Positions 1 to 10,403 of a stretch of DNA of 64,000 nucleotides are shown piece after piece. Where the stretch lies: assembly GCA_031362565.1 (NCBI GenBank), contig JANLSU010000039.1, forward strand, positions 64,001 through 128,000, written 5' to 3'. The notes under the pieces were generated by a model. That model saw only the letters and a list, made by a program, of their open reading frames with translations, was not told the DNA's origin and ran no database searches. Numbering within the stretch: the first letter of the stretch is position 1; every line of letters starts with the position of its first letter. The position numbers were made by a program, and so were the translations under genes. Source of the DNA: a bacterium (lineage in GTDB: Bacteria > Krumholzibacteriota > Krumholzibacteriia > G020349025).

Positions 1-368
1 TGCAGGCGCGGCCACTCGAGCTTGCCGAGATCACGCTTCGCCGTCTCCAAGATCTCGAGGCGCGCCCCGTGCACTCCCGGCACCCCGAGCCAGGCGCCAC
101 GTTCGAAGCGCACCGGCATGCCCGGCTCCCCGCCCCGGTCGAAGCCCGGCACCGTCCAACCCGACGCCTCGCGCACCGGCTCCGCGGCGCGCAATTCGAG
201 CGTCACACCGGCGTCGCTCTCTTCGAGGACGCGCAGCCAATCGTCACCCGGCGGGGCCGCGGCGGCGGGCGCGGTGAACGGCGCGGTGAGCAATAACAAT
301 AACCCCACGCACCGTTCGACAGTCCCAAATGACCTGACATCCAGGCGCCGAAAGAATCGGCTCGGCAT
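1..368 (-). CDS. N-terminal part (runs off window) of a secreted protein with a peptidase C25 (gingipain/PorU-type) propeptide-like domain
   Basis: Not in ORF track (no stop in window). Manual translation from ATG 368 (GGGGAG RBS): MPSRFFRRLDVRSFGTVERCVGLLLLLTAPFTAPAAAAPPGDDWLRVLEESDAGVTLEL...PGFDRGGEPGMPVRFERGAWLGVPGVHGARLEILE. Signal peptide plus GEPGxP/LGVP pattern typical of C25 propeptides. Confidence 0.6.
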   Translation of the reverse strand, partial: MPSRFFRRLDVRSFGTVERCVGLLLLLTAPFTAPAAAAPPGDDWLRVLEESDAGVTLELRAAEPVREASGWTVPGFDRGGEPGMPVRFERGAWLGVPGVHGARLEILETAKRDLGKLEWPRL

Positions 369-443
369 CGCAACACTCCCCCTGGGCAGGCTCTGGAGTT
401 GGACCGGGCAGCAGAAAGCGAACCGCAAGCGCGGGCAACCCAC

Positions 444-608
444 TCAGCAGGGAACTGCTTCCTCGATCAGCATGATCGGGATGTCCTCGCGAATCGGGTA
501 GCGGAGCTTGCACCGTTCACAGCGCAGGAATTCGCCGCTCGCCTCCAGGACGACGCGGTCTTTGCATTTCGGGCAGGCCAGGATTTCGAGCAGTTCGGGC
601 TTGAGCAT
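444..608 (-). CDS. Trm112/YcaR-family small protein (54 aa)
   Basis: Absent from the ORF track (54 aa). Manual translation MLKPELLEILACPKCKDRVVLEASGEFLRCERCKLRYPIREDIPIMLIEEAVPC; LACPxCK...YPIxxxIPxML signature; GGAGG RBS. Confidence 0.9.
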   Translation of the reverse strand: MLKPELLEILACPKCKDRVVLEASGEFLRCERCKLRYPIREDIPIMLIEEAVPC

Positions 609-629
609 CGACGCCTCCGGCGGGTTGGC

Positions 630-1610
630 CTAGCCCGCCAGGCCGGCCTGGGCGTCCGCGAAGACCCCCATGTGCATGAACTTCTGAAAGCGATTTTCGA
701 GCAACTCGGGTACCGGCAGTCGCGCCAAGTGCTCGAGTTCTTCCGCGAGTGCGGCGCGCAGCGTCTCAGCCATCGCCGCGGCATCACGGTGCGCCCCACC
801 TTTCGGTTCTTCCAGGACGCGATCCACGACACCCAGCGCCGCCAGATCGCGCGCCGTGAGACGCAAAGCCTCGGCAGCACGCGGCGCTTGTGACCGGTCG
901 CCCCACAGGATCGCCGCGCAACCTTCGGGCGAAATGACCGAGTACACCGAGTTCTCGAGCATGAGAATGCGGTCGCCGCAGGCCATCGCCAAGGCGCCGC
1001 CGCTGCCACCCTCGCCAATGATTACGACGACGATCGGCACCGGGATCCGCACCATCTCGCGCAGATTCCGCGCGATGGCTTCGCTTTGACCGCGTTTCTC
1101 CGCATCGACGCCCGGGAACGCCCCGGGTGTGTCGACCAAGGTGACGATTGGCCGCCCGAACTTCCCCGCCATTTGCATCAGGCGGAGCGCCTTGCGATAG
1201 CCTTCCGGGTGCGGCATGCCGAAGTTGCGTGCCAGGTTCTCTTTCACATCACGGCCCTTTTGGTGGCCGAGCACCAGCACCTGGCGGCCCGCCAAGATCG
1301 CCATGCCGCCGACAATGGCGCGGTCATCGCCGAACTGGCGGTCGCCGTGCAGTTCCGTGAACTCGTCGCACAACAAACCGACGTAATCGAGTGTGAACGG
1401 GCGTTTGGGATGGCGCGCCAACTGGACGCGCTGCCACGCAGTGAGGTTCGAGTACACCTCTTCGCGCAATTGCTCGGCTTGGCGCTCGAGCGATTCGATC
1501 TCACGCCCGGCGTCCATGCCCTTGGATGTCGCGAGTTCTTTCAGTTCGCGAATCTTGCCTTCGAGTTCCAAGATGGGGCGCTCGAATTCGAGCCAGCCGC
1601 CGCTCGCCAT
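630..1610 (-). CDS. accA: Acetyl-CoA carboxylase carboxyltransferase alpha subunit
   Basis: LEFERPI, QRVQLARHPKRP, GHQKGR, FGMPHPEGYRKALR, DTPGA, GEGGSGGALA, YSVISPEGCAAILW motifs. Confidence 0.97.
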   Translation of the reverse strand: MASGGWLEFERPILELEGKIRELKELATSKGMDAGREIESLERQAEQLREEVYSNLTAWQRVQLARHPKRPFTLDYVGLLCDEFTELHGDRQFGDDRAIVGGMAILAGRQVLVLGHQKGRDVKENLARNFGMPHPEGYRKALRLMQMAGKFGRPIVTLVDTPGAFPGVDAEKRGQSEAIARNLREMVRIPVPIVVVIIGEGGSGGALAMACGDRILMLENSVYSVISPEGCAAILWGDRSQAPRAAEALRLTARDLAALGVVDRVLEEPKGGAHRDAAAMAETLRAALAEELEHLARLPVPELLENRFQKFMHMGVFADAQAGLAG

Positions 1611-1730
1611 GAACCCTCCCCGCCCGCATCACCGGGCACAGCCACCAAGTCTACTCCTCACCGGGCCGCCGGCGACAGGTCGTCGTCCGGAGCGCCCGTG
1701 CCGCGCCGCGGGTTCCACCGGCAGTCCGCC

Positions 1731-2465
1731 TCATAGATGCAGCAGATAGAAGAAGTTCAGCTCCCGGGCCACCTTGCCGCGCGATTCGTAGTTGCCCAGC
1801 AAGTCGCGCAACAGGAAGCGCAGATGATTGCCGGAGCCAAACCGCCACTGGAACCCCAGGTCCAGGTAACCGCGATTGCCGTCGCTCGCCTTCCGGTCGT
1901 CGAGATTGAAGTCGTAGTCGAGGAGCACCGCGAGGCCCCGGCCGAACGTTTGCGACGCACCCGCGAACATGTCCATCGCCTGCTGGTTGGGCTCGAGCGA
2001 ATAATTGACGCCGCCCGAAATCGAGGTCAGCAGATCATAGGACGTCACGAGCAGATTCTGCGTCGCGACGACGTAGAATCCCGGCGACTTGCGTTCATAG
2101 CGGTTTAGATCCGCGAGCCACAACCCGTGGCCCTGAGAGTCGTAGCCGATGCCGATCGCCGGCAATTGCGGCTCGTCCAAGATCAAGGCGTGAAATTGAA
2201 TCCCGGGGCGAGGATTGGCGACGACGCTGCCGCGGCCCAAGACTTCGGCCATCCCGTAGGACATGCCGATCGACATGCGCTCGAACAACCCGACATTGGC
2301 GCCGGTCAACACCGAGCCGTCGGGTCCCGCTCCGATCTCGAGCCGCACTTCCCCGTGCGCCGGCACGAGCGCCGTATGACAATCGATGATTCGCGTGTCG
2401 GCGTCCGCCCGGCCGCACACCATGCCGAGCGCGACCAGCACGCCCAGTCTCTTCCGTCCGCCCAT
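1731..2465 (-). CDS. Exported YjbH-like outer-membrane beta-barrel protein
   Basis: Signal peptide, amphipathic strands, P-AIGIGYDSQG and FYVVATQN segments; GGAGG RBS. Confidence 0.55.
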   Translation of the reverse strand: MGGRKRLGVLVALGMVCGRADADTRIIDCHTALVPAHGEVRLEIGAGPDGSVLTGANVGLFERMSIGMSYGMAEVLGRGSVVANPRPGIQFHALILDEPQLPAIGIGYDSQGHGLWLADLNRYERKSPGFYVVATQNLLVTSYDLLTSISGGVNYSLEPNQQAMDMFAGASQTFGRGLAVLLDYDFNLDDRKASDGNRGYLDLGFQWRFGSGNHLRFLLRDLLGNYESRGKVARELNFFYLLHL

Positions 2466-2511
2466 CCCAGCCTCCCTTGCGACCGCCGCAAGGGGCGCCG
2501 CGCGAGCAGCG

Positions 2512-5500
2512 TTACGGACTTACGGGAGCCCTGTCAATCGCGCGCGGACCGGCGTCCCGCCTGGGTCCAGGCGGCCCACCACGGCCGAACCCCCCGGCGC
2601 CCGGCGAACGGACCGGCGGCGGCGCCGCGCAGGTCAGCCGGACCGACGTCGCACCGAGCAGTTCGCGGAGCGCATCGAGGAGGGCGCGCGTCGGCGCAAT
2701 GCGCGCATTCCGCGCCTTGACGCGGACGTCACGGGTCGCATTGCGCAAGCGCAGGAACACCTCGCACGGACCGGGGCTGGCAGCCAGAAGGCCTTGCAAG
2801 TGGTCGACCTCGTCGCGCGTCAGCGACTCGGCATCGAGGTCGAGATGCAGCGTGCGGCCGAGCGTCGCCACCGCCTCATCGAGCGTCAGCACCGTGTCGC
2901 AGAGCAGTTTTGTTTCCTGTTCCTCGCGCGCCGAGGCGCGGCCGCTCGCGACCACGACCGCGTCCTCGACGAGCAGTCCTTGGTATTTCTGATACGCGTC
3001 GGCGAACAGGATCAATTCGGCGGCGCCCAGGAAGTCTTCCAACTTCACGAACGCCATCGGCTTGCCTTTTTTGTCGAAGATGATCTTGCAGGACGCCACC
3101 GCGCCGGCAATGACCACCGGTTCGTTGTCGTCGCTCTCCTGCAGCTCGAGCGTCGTCCGCGAGGCGACATCGCGCAGCAACGGCTTGTGTTCGGCGAGCG
3201 GGTGGCCGCTCAGATAGAAGCCGAGGGCCGTCTTCTCGCGCGCCAGGCGATCCGACTCGCTCCACTCCGGCACCAGCGGCAATGCCGGCGCGAGGCCATG
3301 GAGCGCGTGCGCCGCGGCATCGCCGAACAGCGACGTCTGGCCGCGCGCCTTCTCGTTCTGGACCCGTTGGGCGTTGTCGATCGCCATGTCGAGCGCCATG
3401 AGTTTCTGGGCGCGGTGCCCCGGCAATGAATCCATCGCGCCGCCTTGGATGAGGCTTTCCAACACCCGCCGGTTCCACGACCGGCTCTCGACGCGCTCGC
3501 AAAAATCGAACAGCGAGGCGAACGGGCCGGCTGCGCTGCGCTCGCGTTCGACCGCCTCGACCGTGCCGGCGCCGACATTCTTGATGGCGTTCAGGCCGAA
3601 GGTGATCTTGCCGTCGCGCACCCGGAAGTCCGTGACGCTCGAGTTGACGTCCGGCGGCAACACCTCGACACCACGCCGCCGGCAGTCCTCGATGAGCACG
3701 ACGATGCGCGAGGTGTCTTCCATTTCCGACGACAGCGTGGCCGCCATATATTCGGCCGGGTAGTTGGCCTTGAGATAGGCGGTTTGCACCGACACCACAG
3801 CGTAGGCCACCGAGTGCGATTTGTTGAACCCATAGCCGGCGAAATGCACGATCTGCTCCCAGATCGTGGTGGCGACCTCGCGCTTGGCGCCACGCTGCAC
3901 GGCGCCATCCACGAACATGGACATCTGCGCGTCCATGACTTCTTTCTTCTTCTTGCCCATCGCCTTGCGCAAAAGGTCGGCCTGCCCGAGCGAGAAGCCG
4001 GCGAGTTCGCTGGCGATCCGCATCACCTGCTCCTGGTACAGGATGACCCCGTAGGTGTCGCGCAGGATGGGTTCGAGCACCGGGTGCAGCGATTCGATCT
4101 TGCGGCGCTTGTGCTTGCGCTCGATGAAATCGGTCACCATGCCGCTCTTCAGCGGCCCGGGCCGGAAGAGGGCGTTGATGGCCGCGATGTCTTCGAACCG
4201 GTCGGGAGCGATCTTGCGCAGCAAATCGCGCATTCCCGACGACTCGAGCTGAAAGACCCCGACGGTGTCGGCGGCGCGCAGCAGTTCGTAGGTCTTGGGA
4301 TCGTCGAGCGGAATGGCGCGCCAATCCAAGTCGATGCCGCGCGCGTCGCGCAGGAGGCGCGTCGCGCCCGACAGCACGGTGAGCGTGCGCAGCCCCAGGA
4401 AGTCCATCTTGAGCAGCCCGATGTTCTCGAGCACCGTCATGTCCCACTGCGTCGTGACTTCGTCCTTCACCGACTTGTAGAGCGGCACGTGATTCACGAG
4501 CTCGGTGGGCGTGATGACGATGCCGGCGGCGTGAATCGACGCGTGACGCACCAGCCCTTCCAGGTTCTTGCAAATGCTCATGAGCTCGTGCTGCGGATGC
4601 TCCGGCGCATCCATGTCCTTGAGTTCAGGGACGCTCTCCTGGGCCTTCTCCAGCGTCATACCGATCGCATTCGGGATTTGCTTGGCGATCTTGTCGGTGT
4701 CGGAATAGGACAACTTCAGGACCCGGCCCACATCCCGCACCACGCCGCGCGCCGCCATCGTGCCGAAGGTGATGATCTGGCAGACGTTGCTGCGGCCGTA
4801 TTTCTCCTTCACGTATTCGATGACCTCGGCGCGCCGCTCGTCGAAATCGATGTCGATGTCGGGCATCGAGACGCGCTCGGGGTTCAAGAAACGTTCGAAC
4901 AGCAGGTCGTGGGCGATGGGATCGACGTCGGTGATCCCCAGGCAGTAGCACACCAAGCTGCCGGCGGCCGACCCGCGCCCCGGCCCGACGGCGATACCGC
5001 GCTCGCGCGCCGCACGGACGAAATCCGCCACGATCAAGAAATATCCCGCGAACCCCATCTTCTCGATCACCGAGAGCTCGTAGCGCATGCGCTCGCGCAC
5101 GACGTCGTTGGAGTTGGGGTAGCGGTGTGCGAAACCGCGTGCGGTTTCGGATTCCAGGAATGCATCCGGGGTCGCGAAGCCGGGCGGGATCGGGAAATGC
5201 GGCAGGGTGAACTTGCCGAGATCCAACTCCAGCTTGCAGCGGTCAGCCACCAAGAGCGAGTTCTCGACATACTCCAAATGATCCGGCACCAGCGCCGCCA
5301 TGGCGTCGCCGTCCTTGAAGAAGACCTCTTGGGTCGTGAACCGGAAGCGCTTCGGGTCGTCAAAGTCCTTGCCCGTTTGAATGCACAACAAGACATCGTG
5401 CGCCGCGGAATGGTCCTCGCACGTGTAGTGGCTGTCGTTCGTCAGCACGATCGGCGCGCCGGAGTCGCGTCCGAGCTTCGGCAGGAGCGCGTTCACCTGC

Positions 5501-6048
5501 TCCTCGAGATCGATGCCATGCTTCTGCATTTCGATGAAGTAGTGGTCCGGTCCGAACAGCTCGCGCGACTCGTGCACGTGCCGCAGGGCGTCGTCGTAGC
5601 GATCGGCGAGCAGCAATTGCGCCACTTGGCCCTTCAGACACGCCGACAACGCCACGAGACCCTCGGAATGTTTCGCCAACAGCTCCTGATCGATGCGCGG
5701 CTTGTAGTGAAAGCCGGTCAGATAGGCGTCGCTCGCGAGCCGCAGCAGGTTGTGGTAGCCGGCGGTATTCCGCGCCAAGAGCACCAGATGATAGTAGTCG
5801 GACGGGCGCTTCGGTTTGTCGAGACGCGAGCCCATGGCGACGTAGGCTTCCATCCCCAGGATCGGTTGCACACCGGCGGCACGCGCCGCCTTGTAGAAAT
5901 GAATCGCGCCGAACAAGTTGCCGTGATCGGTGAGCGCCAGCGCCGGCATGCCGAATTGCTTGGCACGTTCGACGAGGGTCGGAATGCGTTGCGCGCCATC
6001 GAGCAGGCTGTAGTCGGAGTGCGTATGCAAATGTACGAACGGACGCAT
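2512..6048 (-). CDS. dnaE: DNA polymerase III alpha subunit
   Basis: Likely start MRPFVHLHTHSDYSLLDG (ATG 6048); PHP domain (ALTDHGN), GPGRGSAAGS, FERFLNPERVSMPDIDIDF, FAGYGFNKSHS, C-terminal OB fold. Confidence 0.98.
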   Translation of the reverse strand: MRPFVHLHTHSDYSLLDGAQRIPTLVERAKQFGMPALALTDHGNLFGAIHFYKAARAAGVQPILGMEAYVAMGSRLDKPKRPSDYYHLVLLARNTAGYHNLLRLASDAYLTGFHYKPRIDQELLAKHSEGLVALSACLKGQVAQLLLADRYDDALRHVHESRELFGPDHYFIEMQKHGIDLEEQVNALLPKLGRDSGAPIVLTNDSHYTCEDHSAAHDVLLCIQTGKDFDDPKRFRFTTQEVFFKDGDAMAALVPDHLEYVENSLLVADRCKLELDLGKFTLPHFPIPPGFATPDAFLESETARGFAHRYPNSNDVVRERMRYELSVIEKMGFAGYFLIVADFVRAARERGIAVGPGRGSAAGSLVCYCLGITDVDPIAHDLLFERFLNPERVSMPDIDIDFDERRAEVIEYVKEKYGRSNVCQIITFGTMAARGVVRDVGRVLKLSYSDTDKIAKQIPNAIGMTLEKAQESVPELKDMDAPEHPQHELMSICKNLEGLVRHASIHAAGIVITPTELVNHVPLYKSVKDEVTTQWDMTVLENIGLLKMDFLGLRTLTVLSGATRLLRDARGIDLDWRAIPLDDPKTYELLRAADTVGVFQLESSGMRDLLRKIAPDRFEDIAAINALFRPGPLKSGMVTDFIERKHKRRKIESLHPVLEPILRDTYGVILYQEQVMRIASELAGFSLGQADLLRKAMGKKKKEVMDAQMSMFVDGAVQRGAKREVATTIWEQIVHFAGYGFNKSHSVAYAVVSVQTAYLKANYPAEYMAATLSSEMEDTSRIVVLIEDCRRRGVEVLPPDVNSSVTDFRVRDGKITFGLNAIKNVGAGTVEAVERERSAAGPFASLFDFCERVESRSWNRRVLESLIQGGAMDSLPGHRAQKLMALDMAIDNAQRVQNEKARGQTSLFGDAAAHALHGLAPALPLVPEWSESDRLAREKTALGFYLSGHPLAEHKPLLRDVASRTTLELQESDDNEPVVIAGAVASCKIIFDKKGKPMAFVKLEDFLGAAELILFADAYQKYQGLLVEDAVVVASGRASAREEQETKLLCDTVLTLDEAVATLGRTLHLDLDAESLTRDEVDHLQGLLAASPGPCEVFLRLRNATRDVRVKARNARIAPTRALLDALRELLGATSVRLTCAAPPPVRSPGAGGFGRGGPPGPRRDAGPRAIDRAPVSP

Positions 6049-6068
6049 GCTCGCCTTCTCGCCGTGGT

Positions 6069-8339
6069 TCACGGCACCCGGAACACGAGCTGGCGCTCGG
6101 CCCGATTGCCCAGTTGATCGGTGGCTCGGACCTGCAGCCGGTGCAGCCCGCGGCCGAGCTTGCGTTCGAGATCCAAGACCACACCGCCGGTTTCCGGATC
6201 CCACTCTGGGATCGCGAGCCCGCCATCCAATTCGGTCTCGACGCCGCCATCGCCCATTTCGGCGCCGGCATCGGTGACCACGAACCGTACCCGCTGCGGC
6301 AGTGCACCGCGCGGCGTGACTCGCACGTCGCCGATGACCGGCGGCGTGTCGTCGGCCAGCACGGCGATCCGCGTCAACTGCCGGGCGGTCGCCACAAGCC
6401 TGCCATCCGGATCGCGTTCCGACGCAACCACGGTCAGTTTGCCGTTTTGGTTCGTCGCGAACAATCCCACGTGCGACCCCGCGCCCGCCGGCAGGCGGAC
6501 CTCGATTCGATACGGCGCGTCGAACGCGGCGGTGGACGGTTCCAGGTCCCACCCGGGTCCGGCGCGACGCAGTTCGGGCCGCAGAGTCAGCGGCCCGGCC
6601 CTGGCGCGGGCCCGCACCACGACGTCATCGAGCAGCACCCCGGCGGGCAGGTCGAGCCCCAGCGCCGCATCGAGGTCCTCGATGCGCGCCGCCTCGCCGC
6701 GCCGCACGCCATGCGCCGCGAGCCCGACGCGCTCGACCGCGCGCCGCCCGTCGAGCGCCCGGGCCCGCAGTTCGAGCGCCGCCCAGGGACCGGCGAGATC
6801 CGAGTAGGCGGCGGTGGCACGATAGGCGCGCGTCGCCGTCTGCTCGACACGCAGCGCGAGGCGCCCGCCATCCGGCCTGACCGCCTCGACGCTCGGCGGC
6901 GCCTCTAAGAGCGCCGGCGATGTCACCGCAATGTCGAGCCAGCCCGCTCGCCACCGGGGCGTAATCTCCACTGCGAGTTCGGCGTCGCGTTCGCCGGCCG
7001 CACTCGTCGTCCAAGTGCGGATGACGCTCGTGCCCCCCATGCCCCGGAGCGTGGCGCGCAAGGCAAGCGATCCGTCGACCGGGGTGACCACGCCGCGCCA
7101 TTCACAGCGCTCGCCCGTGACGGTCCCCCGCGGCACCGCGAGCGCCTTCCAGGTCTCACCCCGGTCGCACGAAATCTCCATGCCGAGGCGCAAGGAATCG
7201 CCGCCGGCACCCACGAGGCGCCCGATGCACGTCCAAACGCGCTCGCCGCTTGCCGCCGCACCGCTCCAAAGACTATCGATCCGCGCCGCCGGGACGACGT
7301 CGATCAGGCCGTTGAAACGCGCCACGTGGCCGGCCACGTCGGCGGCTTCGACGCCGATCCGGTGCCGGCCCGGAGCGGCTTGCACGGTGAGGTTCGGGCG
7401 CGGCACCCCGGCCCACAGAGTGCCGTCGGTGCCGTCAGCCACCTGGCGTCCTGCGAGCCGGTTGCCGACATGCCGGTACAACCATTGGATGCGTTCGCCG
7501 CGCCGCAAGCGTTCCGCATCGTACTCCACATTCAACAGGTGGTTGTGCGCGTAGTCGAAGCGTTCGTGCAGCAGCCGGAAGAGCATGTGGCCGTCCACCT
7601 GCAGTTCATACCGGTACGGCGCTTGGCGGTATTCACCCGGCGCGGCGGTATCGGCAGCACGGACTTCAAAGGCCAGAGTTCCAGCCACCCGTAACGGCAC
7701 GCCGCTCCGCAAGATGGCGGCGCTGTTCTTGCCATCGATGGTGGATGCCGCGTCGAGCGGTACGACGCTCACTTCACCAATGGCCGGACTCATGGTATCG
7801 CGGACTGGAAACCCGGCGGTCTGCGGATTGCGCGCCACATCGCCGTCGCGCAATTCGAAATGGAAGTGCGGCACGCCGATTCCGGTGTCGCCGCTCCAAG
7901 CGATGACCGCATCCCGTTGGACGCGAATTTCGCCGGGCGGCAAGTTGACATCGAACGTGTAGCGCCGGCCGCGCTGTTGCTCGGCACGCGCCCGGGCAGC
8001 CATCGGTGCCGCGAAGCGCGACAAATGCGCGTAGACGACCAGCGGCCCGTCATCGAGTTGCACGTAGAGGGCTTTGCCGTACCCGTACGGCGACATGCGC
8101 ATGCGGACGACCGATCCATCGCCGACCGCATGGCAGGCGGCACCAGTGCGGCCGCCGGTGCCCAGATCGATCCCCGCATGGAGGCGTCCGGGACGGTACT
8201 CGCCGAAGCTGCTGGTGAGGACCGGAGGCAGGTCGAGCGGCCAGCGCGGCGGCGGCGACGGCGCCTCGGCCGCACGGGCCGCGCCGAAACCCAGGAGGAG
8301 CCAGGCAATCTTCGGAAACGAGCCGCGATGCACCGCCAC
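6069..8339 (-). CDS. Exported M23 family metallopeptidase with long C-terminal extension
   Basis: HAGID (HxxxD), YAHL and PHFHFELR (HxH) zinc motifs after a signal peptide; probable GTG start 8339 with GAGGGG RBS. Confidence 0.85.
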   Translation of the reverse strand: MAVHRGSFPKIAWLLLGFGAARAAEAPSPPPRWPLDLPPVLTSSFGEYRPGRLHAGIDLGTGGRTGAACHAVGDGSVVRMRMSPYGYGKALYVQLDDGPLVVYAHLSRFAAPMAARARAEQQRGRRYTFDVNLPPGEIRVQRDAVIAWSGDTGIGVPHFHFELRDGDVARNPQTAGFPVRDTMSPAIGEVSVVPLDAASTIDGKNSAAILRSGVPLRVAGTLAFEVRAADTAAPGEYRQAPYRYELQVDGHMLFRLLHERFDYAHNHLLNVEYDAERLRRGERIQWLYRHVGNRLAGRQVADGTDGTLWAGVPRPNLTVQAAPGRHRIGVEAADVAGHVARFNGLIDVVPAARIDSLWSGAAASGERVWTCIGRLVGAGGDSLRLGMEISCDRGETWKALAVPRGTVTGERCEWRGVVTPVDGSLALRATLRGMGGTSVIRTWTTSAAGERDAELAVEITPRWRAGWLDIAVTSPALLEAPPSVEAVRPDGGRLALRVEQTATRAYRATAAYSDLAGPWAALELRARALDGRRAVERVGLAAHGVRRGEAARIEDLDAALGLDLPAGVLLDDVVVRARARAGPLTLRPELRRAGPGWDLEPSTAAFDAPYRIEVRLPAGAGSHVGLFATNQNGKLTVVASERDPDGRLVATARQLTRIAVLADDTPPVIGDVRVTPRGALPQRVRFVVTDAGAEMGDGGVETELDGGLAIPEWDPETGGVVLDLERKLGRGLHRLQVRATDQLGNRAERQLVFRVP

Positions 8340-8598
8340 CCCCTCGGAGCCCCGCGCCCAAGGCGGGTCGCGAACCGAACGCTGAAGATCGAGTCGTTTG
8401 CCGCTCGGGCACCGCGCCGCGGTGGCGGCGACGAGCGATAGCACCGCCGCTCGGGCGCGTCAACCCGACCGGCGCCGTGCGCGCCGCACACCGCGCCTTG
8501 CGGCACCGCGACTGCTATGATAGTTTGCGCCGTTCGGCACCCTGGAGGCATGCGCGCACCAAGGGCAACGGACTCCGGCCCTACAAGGAGACTTCGGC

Positions 8599-10392
8599 AT
8601 GCTGCAACAGATGCGTTCGATGAAAACGCTGATTTTTTGGTTCGTCGCCATCACGTTCTTAGTCGGTTTCGTATTCTTGGGCGACGGCCTCAAGGTCGGC
8701 CGCGCCGATCGCCAGAGCCAAAAGTCCTACGTCGCCGAGATCAACGGCGAGAAGGTTCCGTACGAGACCTACAGCAGCTACGTGAACCAGCTCGTGGAAA
8801 TGGACCGGCGCCAGTACCAGCGCGAGGACCTGTCGACCTCCGACTACGACCGCATCGAAGCACAGGCTTGGGATGGAATCATCTCCGAAATGCTGGTGCG
8901 CCAAGAAGCCCAAAAACTGAATCTGCGGGCCGGCGACGACGAGATCGTCGCGACGCTCACGCAGAGCCCGCCGTCGTTCATTCGCCAGCGCTTCACCGAC
9001 GAGCAGGGACAGTTCAACCAAGCCGCATTTCAGAGCGCCGTCAACGATCCCAATTTCAACTGGGGCCCTGCGGAACAGTATCTGCGTTCGGCGCTTCCAT
9101 CATTGAAACTCGAAAAGATGGTGCGCGCCCGGGCCCAGGTCAGCGAAGACGAAGTGCGGCAGGAATTCGCCCGGCGCAATCAGCGCACCAAGGTGCGTTA
9201 TGCCGGTACCGCATGGCAGTCCATCGATTTGGGCAGCTGGACGCCAACCGACGCCGACATGCACGCGTTCTATGACAAGCACCCCGAGCGTTTCATGCGC
9301 GGCGAAACGGTGTCGCTCGAAATCATCAAGGTTGCCAAGAAGCCGAGCGCCGACGACGAGGCGGACGCCACCGACAACATCAAAAAGGCGCTCGACGACG
9401 AAAAGGCCGGCGAAACGTTCGCGCAAGTCGCCGAAATCTATTCCGACGATGCATCCGCGACGCGCGGTGGCGACTTGGGTTGGCTGAATCCGTCTGCACT
9501 GCCGGGACCGCTCGGCGAAGCGGCCGCGAAGCTGGCCGCCGGGCAGACGACACCCGAGGCAGTGCGCACCGAGAGTGGATACGTGCTCCTGCATGCCGAC
9601 AGCGTGCGCGCGACGGCCGCCGGCACCCAGATGCGCCTGCGGGAGATCGTTGTCATCCCTAAAACGAGTGGCGAGACTCTCGACGCGCTCCGCAGCCATG
9701 TGTTCGAAGTCGCACCCCGCGCCCAGAAAGACTTTGAAGCCGCGGCGCGCGAACTCGGCACCACGGTCGAGAAACTCGAGCCCGTGGAAGCGATGGGCTT
9801 TCTGCCGACTATCGGCTTTGCGAAGCGCCTGGTGGACTGGGCTTTTGCAGCGCAGCCGGGCGAAGTTTCCGACCCGATCGGCACGGACGGCGCGATCCTC
9901 ATCGCCAAACTAGTGGCCAAGAACCCCAAGGCGCCGCGGCCGTTCGACCAAGTGGTCGATCAGGTGCGTGCCGGTGCCCAGGAGCAGGCCAAGAAGGACC
10001 GGGCCCGGGCGCAGGTCGAGCGCGTGCTGGCGCAAGTGAAGGGCGGCGCGACGCTCGACGCCGCGGCCAAGGCGCAGGGCCTCACGGCGGGCGATCCGGC
10101 GCCGTTCAACTACTACGAGAGTGTCCCGGGCGTCGGTGGTGCGAACGAGTTCACGGCCGTGGCGTCGACGCTCGAGCCCGGCAAGACGAGCGGCGTCATC
10201 GAAACGAACGCCGGCACGTACATCGTCCAAGTCGTGTCGCGCGATGCGTTCGACGACAACGCCTACAAGACGCAACGCCAGAACGCGTACCAGAGCCTGC
10301 TCCAGCGGCGCGAGGCCGAAGTCTACGAGGCGTGGATCAAGGACGTTCGGGACCACGCATCGATCAAGGACCACCGGCGCCCACGCGTCTGA
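8599..10392 (+). CDS. SurA/PpiD-like membrane-anchored peptidyl-prolyl isomerase/chaperone
   Basis: N-terminal TM (MLQQMRSMKTLIFWFVAITF), SurA-N region (VAEINGEKV), parvulin motif FAQVAEIYSDD-ATRGGDLGW; AGGAG RBS. Confidence 0.9.
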   Translation: MLQQMRSMKTLIFWFVAITFLVGFVFLGDGLKVGRADRQSQKSYVAEINGEKVPYETYSSYVNQLVEMDRRQYQREDLSTSDYDRIEAQAWDGIISEMLVRQEAQKLNLRAGDDEIVATLTQSPPSFIRQRFTDEQGQFNQAAFQSAVNDPNFNWGPAEQYLRSALPSLKLEKMVRARAQVSEDEVRQEFARRNQRTKVRYAGTAWQSIDLGSWTPTDADMHAFYDKHPERFMRGETVSLEIIKVAKKPSADDEADATDNIKKALDDEKAGETFAQVAEIYSDDASATRGGDLGWLNPSALPGPLGEAAAKLAAGQTTPEAVRTESGYVLLHADSVRATAAGTQMRLREIVVIPKTSGETLDALRSHVFEVAPRAQKDFEAAARELGTTVEKLEPVEAMGFLPTIGFAKRLVDWAFAAQPGEVSDPIGTDGAILIAKLVAKNPKAPRPFDQVVDQVRAGAQEQAKKDRARAQVERVLAQVKGGATLDAAAKAQGLTAGDPAPFNYYESVPGVGGANEFTAVASTLEPGKTSGVIETNAGTYIVQVVSRDAFDDNAYKTQRQNAYQSLLQRREAEVYEAWIKDVRDHASIKDHRRPRV

Positions 10393-10403
10393 CGGCGGCT
10401 GCT

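Noticed and set aside
2512..6048. Intein in dnaE
   Set aside because: Length (1178 aa) and motif continuity are normal; the extra N-terminal 168 aa in the ORF track is upstream read-through.
3445..6117. Long antisense ORFs (e.g. 3445-6117, 14449-16050, 34795-37278, 52222-54312, 57318-59333)
   Set aside because: Shadow or alternative frames of well-supported genes, expected in high-GC DNA; no recognisable motifs.
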